This document shows, piece after piece, positions 1 through 10,244 of a stretch of 64,000 nucleotides of DNA (position 1 is the first letter of the stretch; the number at the start of each line of letters is the position of its first letter). Source of the stretch: Azolla caroliniana (lineage: Eukaryota; Plantae; Polypodiophyta); assembly GCA_043228905.1 (NCBI GenBank), contig JBHGNT010000011.1, positions 6,076,001-6,140,000 of the forward strand, given 5' to 3'. The notes below the pieces were generated by a model. The model was given only the letters and a program-made list of their open reading frames with translations. It made no database searches and was not told the DNA's origin. The translations under genes were made by a program, and so were the position numbers.

Positions 1-1300
1 TTAGGTGCACATCTTCTAGCTTTCGCAACACTTTCTCGCAATCATGAATATGGTCGACCACGAACTTTCGGCATCCCCGATCATCCATAGTCTCATCTTT
101 TTCTTCCACCGCGCATCCTTTCATCGGAATGTCATCTAGAAACGGCATCGTTATCTCCGGGATGCAATCTCGAAGCACCTTGTTCATCGCGTTCATCATA
201 TGTGCAACCGAGTTTGTCGCTCCTTGTGGTAGTGTGCACATTCGAACTAGTCCTATCGGTGTCCGCATGGTAGTGATGTCTCGGCTCTCCACGGCTAGTT
301 GGAATTGGTCATACCCCGAGTATAGGTCCCCGATGGAGTATATCGCACGTCCGGCAAAAGCTTCCGCGAATTCGTCCACTATCGGACCGACTCCCGAGTT
401 CCGGATCGTGACCTTGTTCACCGGTTGCAAGTCTTGGATGAATCGGAGCGACCCATTCTTCTTCGGAACCGTAAACCATCGATTTGAGTACGGAGCACTT
501 GATGGCTCTAGAATCCCCATCGCCACCTTCTCCTTGAGCAAGTCGATGACTTTCGGAATATGCGCCCGTGGCACCGGAATCGGCTTCAGGTTCCACGGTA
601 CATGATCAATCGTGAAAATCACCATCGGCTCCACTATCTTTGGATCAATGCATCCGATCTCCCTCGATGTGAACGCGAATGCTTTGCCATGTTGCTCCAA
701 CATCTCTCGAAACCGTTTTTCTTCTTCTTGTAAGAGGAACCCACCTCCACCGATCCGAAGTTTCTTCCGGGTCTCATCTGTGAAGGCATGTCCGATATCC
801 ACGGACTTCCGAAGTGTCGGATCTCCCGAGACTTCTTTCTTCTTTTGTTCGCTATCGGCGGGTAGTGGTCCCGCGGCCGGTTTCACCTTCTTCTCCACGG
901 TCTTGTATTTCGTACTTACCATTGCTTCTTCTTTGCGGAGCGCATCCGGCCCCATTTTCGCAACGATCTCGTACATCTCGACCGATTCCACCGGGACTAC
1001 CCGGTTCCCTTGGCTTTTATCTTCCGCAAGCTCTTCAAGCCGTTGTAGTGTATTCCCATAGAACACTTCCTCGATCACTCCCACGATTTCTTCGTCTTCT
1101 TTTATTATTGATGCCGACCGTAACTTATCCTCCACTTGTCGGTATTGTTTCTTCATTCCTCTGGTTACGGCCGTGTACGTAGATGCCCCATCCGGGCCGA
1201 TTCGTACTTGTTTTGCTCCGAGAGTTTTCTTCCTGTGTGGGGTATCAGGGCTTCTCGGACTATCACTTCCCCACTCCGCAATAGTCCGCTTTAAAAATCC
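1..1300 (-). CDS. pol: Pol (RT N-terminal part) of copy A, partial, entered by inferred -1 frameshift
   Basis: Mirror of the 5553-6850 pol region; encodes RT motifs DLYSGYDQ, LPQGATNS, FLDD; open to the window edge. Confidence 0.88.
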
Positions 1301-3083
1301 ATTCTCACTTGGGACAAGAGTTCCCTCTTGTTCCTTTCGTGATTTGCCGGCACCGTTAGGAATTGGACGGATTTCCCTCCGTTTTGGCTCCGAATTCGCG
1401 CAAAAGCCGCACCACTATCGAGCACCTTCGTCTCCATCCGTGAAGCCGTGATAAAGGGTTGGCCGAGGATGACAGAATGTGAAACCTCATCCTGCACAAA
1501 GAAATTTTGGTCAATTTCGACATCCCCGATCTTTACCGTCACATCCGGACAAGCCGCAAATAGGTCTTCTGTCGTTTTCATGGCTGCCCGAATCTTCCAT
1601 CCATGGTTGGTGTTTATAGGCCACTTCCCCTTTCGGTAGAACTCCTTGGACATCAAGTTGATCTCCGATCCGTGATCAATCAATGCTAGCACGGGTTCTT
1701 TGATGTTGCCGATTCGGACCGGAGTCTCCGTAGTCGCACGTGCCCAGTGTGGCCTTGTATAGTGGGAGTTCGGAATTTCGCCTTCCACTTCGGTGTCGTT
1801 CATTGAAACGGTATTTGCATTCACCCTTGGAGCATTTTCCTCCGTACTTTGTCTCTTCCTTTTTACAAGATCCACGAGAAGATCGTGAAACTCCTTCTTC
1901 GCTATTCCGAGTAGTTCCCGCAGCGAAAAATCTACCCGGCTATCCAAGATTCTTTCCTCGAACACTCTTTTCAAGTCAGTTTGTTGTTCTATGTCCGAGG
2001 CGAGCTTGAATGCCGGAGTCGCCTTTTCTTTTCCCTTACCTCCGGAGTTCCAGCTTTCCGGTATCTTCGATGGTCCGGCCGCATCCTCCGTGCGCCGTCG
2101 TTTCTCGTCCACATACACCTCATGTAATTGACACAGGGCGTATATGCTATTCTTGTCGACAGGGCACTCCCATCCCGTAGCTTCCCAGACGCCTTCCGCG
2201 GTGTTTCGGATATCGTTGGAGTCGGTTTTCTCGGTGTTTCCTAGCACCTCCGGCCAGAAAGACGCCTTCGCTCCCGTTGACTCCCCGACACATATTCCCG
2301 CGGTTGTCGCATAGTTGCTTCTTGCTGCTAACTCCTCCTCGAGCACCTTCTTCATGCCGCCTTTCCGGAAGTTCGGTCGGAGTGGCTTCCGAGAGTCCAT
2401 CGAATGAATCCGGTTTCCCTCGTAGTAGATGAGATCCCGTCGTAGCGCCTCCTTATGGTCGTCGCAATCCCTCCGATCGTGTTCGGCGCTATCGCACCAT
2501 ATGCACCGTCGATCCGTATATTTGGAGCTTGTGGGGCGGTCATCCGACTTCTTCACCATCGCGATCTTTAGATTCTCCATCTCCTTCAGCAGCTGCTCCA
2601 CCGTAGACGCGTCGACCCCCTTCTCGGCCGTAATCTCTCGGGCCCTCGGTTGATGGTCTTCCAGTCCCGTTCTCGGTTTCGGAATCGGTTCCGAAACCCT
2701 CTCTTCTTCGTTGGCAAGCCATTGCCCCCTCTTCGTGTACCGCGCGACGATATCCCGTACGCTTTCCCATGTTTCGGTGAGGCCGCTTTCGGTGGTCGTG
2801 TCCTCAAGAAGCACTCCGAGATCTTTCCGGTCCCGGACGTCCACAGCTCGCAAAAACATGATGACTTTGTCCGGTGCAAGAATAGTTTGATCTCTCGCGG
2901 ACAACCTCCCGAACCGACTTTCGAATGTCGAAAACACTTCGAGGACCTTCAGCCCCTTACCTGACGTTTCCACCCAATCCTCGAATCCCCTCCGCGTTGC
3001 CTTGGAGGAGTCCTCGATGGCAAACGTGGTCTTTAACGCCTCTTCGAATGCTTCCCACGTCGGATTTTGTTGTTGCAACCCGT
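1291..3083 (-). pseudogene. gag: Gag-protease ORF of copy A, interrupted by insertion
   Basis: Zinc knuckle CIWCDSAEHDRRDC and aspartic protease ALIDHGSE; the first ~71 aa of the listed 668-aa ORF are read-through from the inserted LTR. Confidence 0.9.
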
Positions 3084-3954
3084 TGTCGTAGTGTAGGTTG
3101 CACACTATGTGAAAATTATATTTTTGTCCCTCCGGATAGAGAATGGAGTGCTCGGGGAGAACCGGAAGAAAACGGCATACCGGCAAGGAGGAAAAACGGC
3201 ATACCGGCAAGGAGGAAAACGGCATACCGAGGAAAAACGGCATACCGGCAAGGAGGAAAACGGCATACCGGCAAGGAAGAAAACGGCATACCGGCAAGGA
3301 AGAGCCGGATAAAGAGACATAAATGTAAAAAGAAAGGAAATACTCACTACTGCGCAGGGCGTGATTCGAACTCTACACCTCCACGTTGACAAACCCCAAC
3401 CTTACCATTACATTAACTTATCTTAAGTGCTTTAAATATAGATTTAATATGTATAAGACCTTTATTTATGCATACCTTTATTAAAAGGTAAATCGTGTAT
3501 TCTTTAATATATGAAAAAGAAAAAACACGAGACACTAAAAATAACTCATGCACATCTAGCGTGCATGAGCCCTATACTTAGGAAATAAAAAAGCATCACA
3601 TGCACATTTAGTGGACATGAACACTTTTTGTAAAAAAAAAGCATGAAGCCATGCTTAGCTCTTCCTTCCTTATATAAGGAGGAGAGAAATATGTAAAGAG
3701 TTGTTGATTATTTGGATTAAGTATTAATCAATACAAAAATTATTCGTGGGATTCACGATTTATACATCTACTTCTCTCTTAACACCCTAAGTACCAATTA
3801 ATATAGTATACTCGTGTGATTCACGAGTTTCTTATCTTTCTCTTTGCTATTTACTCATAATTAATCTCTATCTCACGAACTTCTTTCTCCTAGTCCAAGA
3901 CCTCTGTGGTTCCCACCCGACTCACGCAACGATCCGGAGCCGAAAGGCACGACA
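3084..3954 (+). repeat. 5' LTR of copy B (871 bp)
   Basis: TGTCGT...ACGACA termini; first half repeated from 9149; TATATAA at ~3670; ~6 copies of a ~21-bp AAAACGGCATACCGGCAAGGAGG repeat at ~3168-3300. Confidence 0.95.
3351..3418 (-). other. tRNA-like (A box/B box) cassette in LTR U3; further copies at 9416-9483 (-) and 9763-9830 (+)
   Basis: Minus strand reads TAATGTAATGGTAAG...TTTGTCAA...GAGGTG...GAGTTCGAATC with tRNA-like spacing; stems poorly paired. Confidence 0.6.
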
Positions 3955-3958
3955 CAGT

Positions 3959-3976
3959 TGGTGAACCCGACGTGAA
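3959..3976 (+). promoter_or_regulatory. Primer binding site, tRNA-Trp
   Basis: TGGTGAACCCGACGTGAA is complementary to the plant tRNA-Trp 3' end as recalled (TTCACGTCGGGTTCACCA); 4 nt after the LTR. Confidence 0.9.
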
Positions 3977-3992
3977 GACGGGTGGCAAGGAG

Positions 3993-5562
3993 ATGGAGGC
4001 TCAACAAGCTAACAATATGATGGCGATGTTCGAACGGATGCTTCAAGAACAACGCACGATGTCGGAGATTTCGGCATANNNNNNNNNNNNNNNNNNNNNN
4101 NNNNNNNNNNNNNNNNNNNNNNNNNNNNNNNNNNNNNNNNNNNNNNNNNNNNNNNNNNNNNNNNNNNNNNNNNNNNNNAAGAACGGGATTGGAAGACCAT
4201 CAACCGAGGGCTCGGGAGATTACGGCCGAGAAGGGAGTCGACGCGTCTACGGTGGAGCAGCTGCTGAAGGAGATGGAGAATCTAAAGATCGCGATGGTGA
4301 AGAAGTCGGATGACCGCCCCACAAGCTCCAAATATACGGATCGACGGTGCATATGGTGCGATAGCGCCGAACACGATCGGAGGGATTGCGACGACCATAA
4401 GGAGGCGCTACGACGGGATCTCATCTACTACGAGGGAAACCGGATTCATTCGATGGACTCTCGGAAGCCACTCCGACCGAACTTCCGGAAAGGCGGCATG
4501 AAGAAGGTGCTCGAGGAGGAGTTAGCAGCAAGAAGCAACTATGCGACAACCGCGGGAATATGTGTCGGGGAGTCAACGGGAGCGAAGGCGTCTTTCTGGC
4601 CGGAGGTGCTAGGAAACACCGAGAAAACCGACTCCAACGATATCCGAAACACCGCGGAAGGCGTCTGGGAAGCTACGGGATGGGAGTGCCCTGTCGACAA
4701 GAATAGCATATACGCCCTGTGTCAATTACATGAGGTGTATGTGGACGAGAAACGACGGCGCACGGAGGATGCGGCCGGACCATCGAAGATACCGGAAAGC
4801 TGGAACTCCGGAGGTAAGGGAAAAGAAAAGGCGACTCCGGCATTCAAGCTCGCCTCGGACATAGAACAACAAACTGACTTGAAAAGAGTGTTCGAGGAAA
4901 GAATCTTGGATAGCCGGGTAGATTTTTCGCTGCGGGAACTACTCGGAATAGCGAAGAAGGAGTTTCACGATCTTCTCGTGGATCTTGTAAAAAGGAAGAG
5001 ACAAAGTACGGAGGAAAATGCTCCAAGGGTGAATGCAAATACCGTTTCAATGAACGACACCGAAGTGGAAGGCGAAATTCCGAACTCCCACTATACAAGG
5101 CCACACTGGGCACGTGCGACTACGGAGACTCCGGTCCGAATCGGCAACATCAAAGAACCCGTGCTAGCATTGATTGATCACGGATCGGAGATCAACTTGA
5201 TGTCCAAGGAGTTCTACCGAAAGGGGAAGTGGCCTATAAACACCAACCATGGATGGAAGATTCGGGCAGCCACGAAAACGACAGAAGACCTATTTGCGGC
5301 TTGTCCGGATGTGACGGTAAAGATCGGGGATGTCGAAATTGACCAAAATTTCTTTGTGCAGGATGAGGTTTCACATTCTGTCATCCTCGGCCAACCCTTT
5401 ATCACGGCTTCACGGATGGAGACGAAGGTGCTCGATAGTGGTGCGGCTTTTGCGCGAATTCGGAGCCAAAACGGAGGGAAATCCGTCCAATTCCTAACGG
5501 TGCCGGCAAATCACGAAAGGAACAAGAGGGAACTCTTGTCCCAAGTGAGAATGGATTTTTAA
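3993..5562 (+). CDS. gag: Gag-protease polyprotein of copy B (spans the assembly gap)
   Basis: ATG 17 nt after the PBS; CCHC knuckle; protease LIDHGSE...VILGQPF; ends MDF-stop. Confidence 0.9.
4079..4178. other. Assembly gap (100 N)
   Basis: Run of N; comparison with copy A shows more than 400 nt of gag are missing, so the gap size is nominal. Confidence 1.
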
Positions 5563-5616
5563 AGCGGACTGTTGCGGAGTGGGGAAGTGATAGTCCGAGA
5601 AGCCCTGATACCCCAC
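5553..5616 (+). promoter_or_regulatory. -1 ribosomal frameshift signal (G GAU UUU plus H-type pseudoknot)
   Basis: Pol is in the -1 frame and open from 5553; stem 1 = 5565-5573/5589-5597, stem 2 = GTGGGG 5579-5584/CCCCAC 5611-5616; conserved at 16794-16856. Confidence 0.8.
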
Positions 5617-8600
5617 ACAGGAAGAAAACTCTCGGAGCAAAACAAGTACGAATCGGCCCGGATGGGGCATCTACGTACACGGCCGTAACCGGAGGAATGA
5701 AGAAACAATACCGACAAGTGGAGGATAAGTTACGGTCGGCATCAATAATAAAAGAAGACGAAGAAATCGTGGGAGTGATCGAGGAAGTGTTCTATGGGAA
5801 TACACTACAACGGCTTGAAGAGCTTGCGGAAGATAAAAGCCAAGGGAACCGGGTAGTCCCGGTGGAATCGGTCGAGATGTACGAGATCGTTGCGAAAATG
5901 GGGCCGGATGCGCTCCGCAAAGAAGAAGCAATGGTAAGTACGAAATACAAGACCGTGGAGAAGAAGGTGAAACCGGCCGCGGGACCACTACCCGCCGATA
6001 GCGAACAAAAGAAGAAAGAAGTCTCGGGAGATCCGACACTTCGGAAGTCCGTGGATATCGGACATGCCTTCACAGATGAGACCCGGAAGAAACTTCGGAT
6101 CGGTGGAGGTGGGTTCCTCTTACAAGAAGAAGAAAAACGGTTTCGAGAGATGTTGGAGCAACATGGCAAAGCATTCGCGTTCACATCGAGGGAGATCGGA
6201 TGCATTGATCCAAAGATAGTGGAGCCGATGGTGATTTTCACGATTGATCATGTACCGTGGAACCTGAAGCCGATTCCGGTGCCACGGGCGCATATTCCGA
6301 AAGTCATCGACTTACTCAAGGAGAAGGTGGCGATGGGGATTCTAGAGCCATCGAGTGCTCCGTACTCAAATCGATGGTTTACGGTTCCGAAGAAGAATGG
6401 GTCACTCCGATTCATCCAAGACTTGCAACCGGTGAACAAGGTCACGATCCACTCGGGAGTCGGTCCGATAGTGGACGAATTCGCGGAAGCTTTTGCCGGA
6501 CGTGCGATATACTCCATCGGGGACCTATACTCGGGGTATGACCAATTCCAACTAGCCGTGGAGAGCCGAGACATCACTACCATGCGGACACCGATAGGAC
6601 TAGTTCGAATGTGCACACTACCACAAGGAGCGACAAACTCGGTTGCACATATGATGAACGCGATGAACAAGGTGCTTCGAGATTGCATCCCGGAGATAAC
6701 GATGCCGTTTCTAGATGACATTCCGATGAAAGGATGCGCGGTGGAAGAAAAAGATGAGACTATGGATGATCGGGGATGCCGAAAGTTCGTGGTCGACCAT
6801 ATTCATGATTGCGAGAAAGTGTTGCGAAAGCTAGAAGATGTGCACCTAACACTTTCCGGGGAGAAATCGGCATTCGGGCAAGAAGAAATATTGGTGGTCG
6901 GACATCTATGTGGACCCTACGGCCGAAGACCGTCACCAACAAAGATCGATGCGATTCAAGCTATGAAGGAAGTATGTGAGTCAACATCGGAAGTCCGAAG
7001 GTTTCTGGGTGCGTGTGCATTCTATCACATATGGATTCCGCACTATGCACATATAGCGGACCCGCTCTATCACTTGTTGCGGAAAGGTAAGAAATTCGAG
7101 TGGAAACCGGAACACACTAAAGCCATGAGGAAGCTCAAGAAGACACTATGGAGGGCGGAATCACTTAAGAAGCCAAGCTACGAGCGGCCAATCATAGTAA
7201 CGGTTGATACAAGTCCAACCGGTATCGGGTGGGTCATCAATCAAGCCGACTCGGATGGTTCGCGGTATCCGATCCGATTTGGAGCAAAGGTCCTCAACGA
7301 AAGGCAACGCGGATATGCACAAGTCAAAAGAGAATTGTGGGGAGTCGTGTCGGCGATAAAATCGGATCGGGATTATTTGATCGGAGCTGAAGTGGTGATC
7401 GAGACGGATTGTCTTCCGATACTCGGGATGATGCGGTGTTGTACGATACCGGATGTGGCTATGCTAAGGTGGATTGCATATGTCAAGTCACTTAATCCGG
7501 AGGTTCGACACATCTCGGGGAAGGACAACGCGGTAGCGGACATGTTATCGAGGGCGCGGTTTGAAGACGACATAACCGAATCAGATAATGAAGAAGTTTC
7601 CGAAGACTACTTCACGTCAGAACACATATGCCGAGTGAACGTGATCCGAGAATTCCGGGAAGAAGAATACGAGGGGGAAACCTTGATGATCGGGAAGATG
7701 CTACAAGAGGTCGAGGATTCAACCAATGATAAAGAAAGGAGAGCCGAGATCCGAAGGAAGAAGAGGCAAGTCCAAAAGTTCTTCTTGGAAAACGGTTTAA
7801 TATGGAGGACGCCGAAAAGACCGGATGGGATACCACTTCGAGTAGTCGGGACGAAAGAGCAACGAAACCGGATAATGTCTGAGTTCCACGAATCCGATTG
7901 GGCTGGACATCGAGGAACATGGGCAACTTTTGTGAAAATCAAGCAAAGATATTGGTGGAAGAACATGTATAAAGATGTCGCGGAGTTCACAGAAAGCTGC
8001 GAGAAATGTCAAGTCTACTCCGGGGTCCGACACCGAGATGAGCTGCATCCGACATTCTCACCGACAATCAACTTCAAGTGGATGGTCGACATTGTAGCTA
8101 TGCCGACCGGGATTGGACAAAAGAAATACTTGGTGTTAGCTCGAGAAGATCTCACAAACCAAGTTGAAGGTCGAGCGCTTCGGAGGAAAACGTGTGCCGC
8201 GGTGTGCCAATTTCTTTTGGAAGAAGTGTTTTGTAGGTACGGCTGCGTAGGACAAGTGATTGCGGACCGGGGAGAACTCGACTCGGACAAAGCTAGGGGA
8301 TTCTTCGCCAAACATGGAGTTCGGTTAACGTTGACAACGGCCTACAATCCGGAGGCCAACGGGAAGATCGAACGAGGACATAGTCCGATCGTGAAAGCAC
8401 TTGCGAAGGCATGCGACGGAAGGGTGAAGGATTGGCCACAAATGCTTCCGTATGCACTATGGGCGGATCGGACGACGCATAGCTCCGTGACCGGTTACAT
8501 GCCGGCAGAACTCATGACCGGACAAGCACCGGTAATGCCAACGGAAACCGCAATCGCGACATGGACAATACTACCGTGGAAGGAAGAGATGAGCCGGGAA

Positions 8601-9161
8601 GAACTACTAGCGGTCCGGATACGACAACTGGAGGGAAGACCGAAAGATGTAGCGGAAGCGTCACGCCGACAACACGAAGCACGGTTCCGGAACAAAAGCC
8701 GGTTCGACACAAAGCACCGACTACGACCGAGGAGGATTGAAGAAGGAGATTGGGTGATCGTCTATGATAGGAGCTTGGACCATCAACATACAACGATGCG
8801 GAAATTCGCGAAAAGGTGGTTCGGGCCGTACGAGGTTCGGAAGGTCTTCGACAACGGGACGTACCGACTGTCCGAGTTGGATGGAACAATACTACGAGTG
8901 CCTATAGCCGGGAAGCGGGTGAAGATTTTCAAGAAGCGGACCGACGACAAACCTTATGTGATCCAAGTCGAGGCCGACAACGAGGAACAATCGGACGAAG
9001 ACCACAATGATGCGGGAAGCGAAGAAAGTGGATTACAACTCATAGTCGACATAAGGGGAGAATCGGAGGAAGCTTCGGATGAAGACGGATACGAAGAATC
9101 AAGAACTTCGGCACATACCGGAGGATGTGCGGGTTTGGAGGGGGCGAGTGTCGTAGTGTAG
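5553..9161 (+). CDS. pol: Pol: reverse transcriptase, RNase H, integrase
   Basis: RT FLDD, RNase H VDTS/ETDC/ADMLSR, integrase HHCC (H..GH..CEKC), ADRG, NGKIER, GPY motif, acidic tail; uninterrupted for 1154+ aa. Confidence 0.96.
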   Translation, partial: GFLKRTVAEWGSDSPRSPDTPHRKKTLGAKQVRIGPDGASTYTAVTGGMKKQYRQVEDKLRSASIIKEDEEIVGVIEEVFYGNTLQRLEELAEDKSQGNRVVPVESVEMYEIVAKMGPDALRKEEAMVSTKYKTVEKKVKPAAGPLPADSEQKKKEVSGDPTLRKSVDIGHAFTDETRKKLRIGGGGFLLQEEEKRFREMLEQHGKAFAFTSREIGCIDPKIVEPMVIFTIDHVPWNLKPIPVPRAHIPKVIDLLKEKVAMGILEPSSAPYSNRWFTVPKKNGSLRFIQDLQPVNKVTIHSGVGPIVDEFAEAFAGRAIYSIGDLYSGYDQFQLAVESRDITTMRTPIGLVRMCTLPQGATNSVAHMMNAMNKVLRDCIPEITMPFLDDIPMKGCAVEEKDETMDDRGCRKFVVDHIHDCEKVLRKLEDVHLTLSGEKSAFGQEEILVVGHLCGPYGRRPSPTKIDAIQAMKEVCESTSEVRRFLGACAFYHIWIPHYAHIADPLYHLLRKGKKFEWKPEHTKAMRKLKKTLWRAESLKKPSYERPIIVTVDTSPTGIGWVINQADSDGSRYPIRFGAKVLNERQRGYAQVKRELWGVVSAIKSDRDYLIGAEVVIETDCLPILGMMRCCTIPDVAMLRWIAYVKSLNPEVRHISGKDNAVADMLSRARFEDDITESDNEEVSEDYFTSEHICRVNVIREFREEEYEGETLMIGKMLQEVEDSTNDKERRAEIRRKKRQVQKFFLENGLIWRTPKRPDGIPLRVVGTKEQRNRIMSEFHESDWAGHRGTWATFVKIKQRYWWKNMYKDVAEFTESCEKCQVYSGVRHRDELHPTFSPTINFKWMVDIVAMPTGIGQKKYLVLAREDLTNQVEGRALRRKTCAAVCQFLLEEVFCRYGCVGQVIADRGELDSDKARGFFAKHGVRLTLTTAYNPEANGKIERGHSPIVKALAKACDGRVKDWPQMLPYALWADRTTHSSVTGYMPAELMTGQAPVMPTETAIATWTILPWKEEMSREELLAVRIRQLEGRPKDVAEASRRQHEARFRNKSRFDTKHRLRPRRIEEGDWVIVYDRSLDHQHTTMRKFAKRWFGPYEVRKVFDNGTYRLSELDGTILRVPIAGKRVKIFKKRTDDKPYVIQVEADNEEQSDEDHNDAGSEESGLQLIVDIRGESEEASDEDGYEESRTSAHTGGCAGLEGASVVV
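9111..9148 (+). promoter_or_regulatory. Pre-PPT hairpin and polypurine tract
   Basis: GCACATACCGGAGGATGTGC hairpin, then GGAGGGGGCGAG directly before the LTR TG. Confidence 0.8.
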
Positions 9162-10031
9162 GTTGCACACTATGTGAAAATTATATTTTTGTCCCTCCGG
9201 ATAGAGAATGGAGTGCTCGGGGAGAACCGGAAGAAAACGGCATACCGGCAAGGAGGAAAAACGGCATACCGGCAAGGAGGAAAACGGCATACCGAGGAAA
9301 AACGGCATACCGGCAAGGAGGAAAACGGCATACCGGCAAGGAAGAAAACGGCATACCGGCAAGGAAGAGCCGGATAAAGAGACATAAATGTAAAAAGAAA
9401 GGAAATACTCACTACTGCGCAGGGCGTGATTCGAACTCTGCACCTCCACGTTGACAAACCCCAACCTTACCATTACATTAACTTATCTTAAGTGTTTTAA
9501 ATATAGATTTAATACGTATAAGACCTTTATTTATGCATACCTTTATTAAAAGGTAAATCGTGTATTTTTTTAATATATGAAAAAGAAAAAACACGAGACA
9601 CTAAAAATAACTCATGCACGCTAGATGTGCATGAGTTATTTTTAGTGTCTCGTGTTTTTTCTTTTTCATATATTAAAAAAATACACGATTTACCTTTTAA
9701 TAAAGGTATGCATAAATAAAGGTCTTATACGTATTAAATCTATATTTAAAACACTTAAGATAAGTTAATGTAATGGTAAGGTTGGGGTTTGTCAACGTGG
9801 AGATGCAGAGTTCGAATCACGCCCTGCGCAGTAGTGAGTATTTCCTTATTTTTACATTTATGTCTCTTTATCCGGCTCTTCCTTGCCGGTATGCCGTTTT
9901 CTTCCTTGGCCGTTTTCCTCCTTGCCGGTATGCCGTTTTTTTCCTCCTTGCCGGTATGCCGTTTTCCTCCATTCTCTATCCGGAGGGACAAAAATATAAT
10001 TTCCACATAGTGTGCAACCTACACTACGACA
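9149..10031. repeat. Long inverted repeat: half 3' LTR of B (9149-9619) fused to inverted half 5' LTR of A (9627-10031)
   Basis: Centre CTCATGCAC-gctagat-GTGCATGAG; ends in CACTACGACA at 10031. Confidence 0.93.
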
Positions 10032-10213
10032 GCGCTATGGTGACGTAGTAGATTAACAGAGTCCTTTAGAAAACCCATCTGTAAATGGTAAATGCAACAA
10101 CATGTGTATCGATCCTTTAAGCGTCTCACAAAGTGTGGCTTAAGAGACTCGAATGTTCGTAGTTGAACTTTGATAGTTGGATGCATTCGTTTGAACCTAA
10201 TAAATAAATCGAC
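10032..10213 (-). CDS. Transposase-like exon 2 (not in the ORF track), cut by the LTR at 10031
   Basis: AG acceptor at 10215-10214, phase 0; VDLFIRFKRMHPTIKVQLRTFESLKPHFVRRLKDRYTCCCIYHLQM with a CxCxxH motif. Confidence 0.75.
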
Positions 10214-10244
10214 CTACGTAATAAAGGGGAATTAGTTGTTCTCG

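Larger units (their letters stand above)
1..3083 (-). mobile_element. Ty3/gypsy non-chromovirus (Phygy-like) copy A, internal part (gag 3' part, protease, RT start); continues off the left edge
   Basis: Near-exact reverse complement of ~4180-6850; gag is cut at 3083 by the LTR of copy B; its 5' LTR outer half is at 9627-10031. Confidence 0.93.
3084..9619 (+). mobile_element. Ty3/gypsy non-chromovirus (Phygy-like) copy B, nearly full length, 3' LTR truncated
   Basis: 5' LTR, Trp PBS, gag-PR, RT-RH-INT order, PPT, then 3' LTR start at 9149; no chromodomain. Confidence 0.95.

Noticed and set aside
1-2672. Inverted copy as a pure assembly duplicate of 4180-6850
   Set aside because: The copies differ by several substitutions and a 3-nt indel (TIRNSG versus TIHSG at ~6450), and A has a clean LTR insertion junction; local misjoins near the gap cannot be excluded.
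3084-3297. N-terminal 71 aa of the 668-aa ORF as a real domain
   Set aside because: It is antisense LTR repeat sequence fused in frame by chance.
3351-3418. Functional tRNA genes here and at 35935, 39439 and 47896
   Set aside because: Acceptor and anticodon stems do not pair properly; kept only as tRNA-like modules.
129-9010. Many short antisense or alternate-frame ORFs over gag-pol
   Set aside because: Shadows of the main reading frames with no independent motifs.
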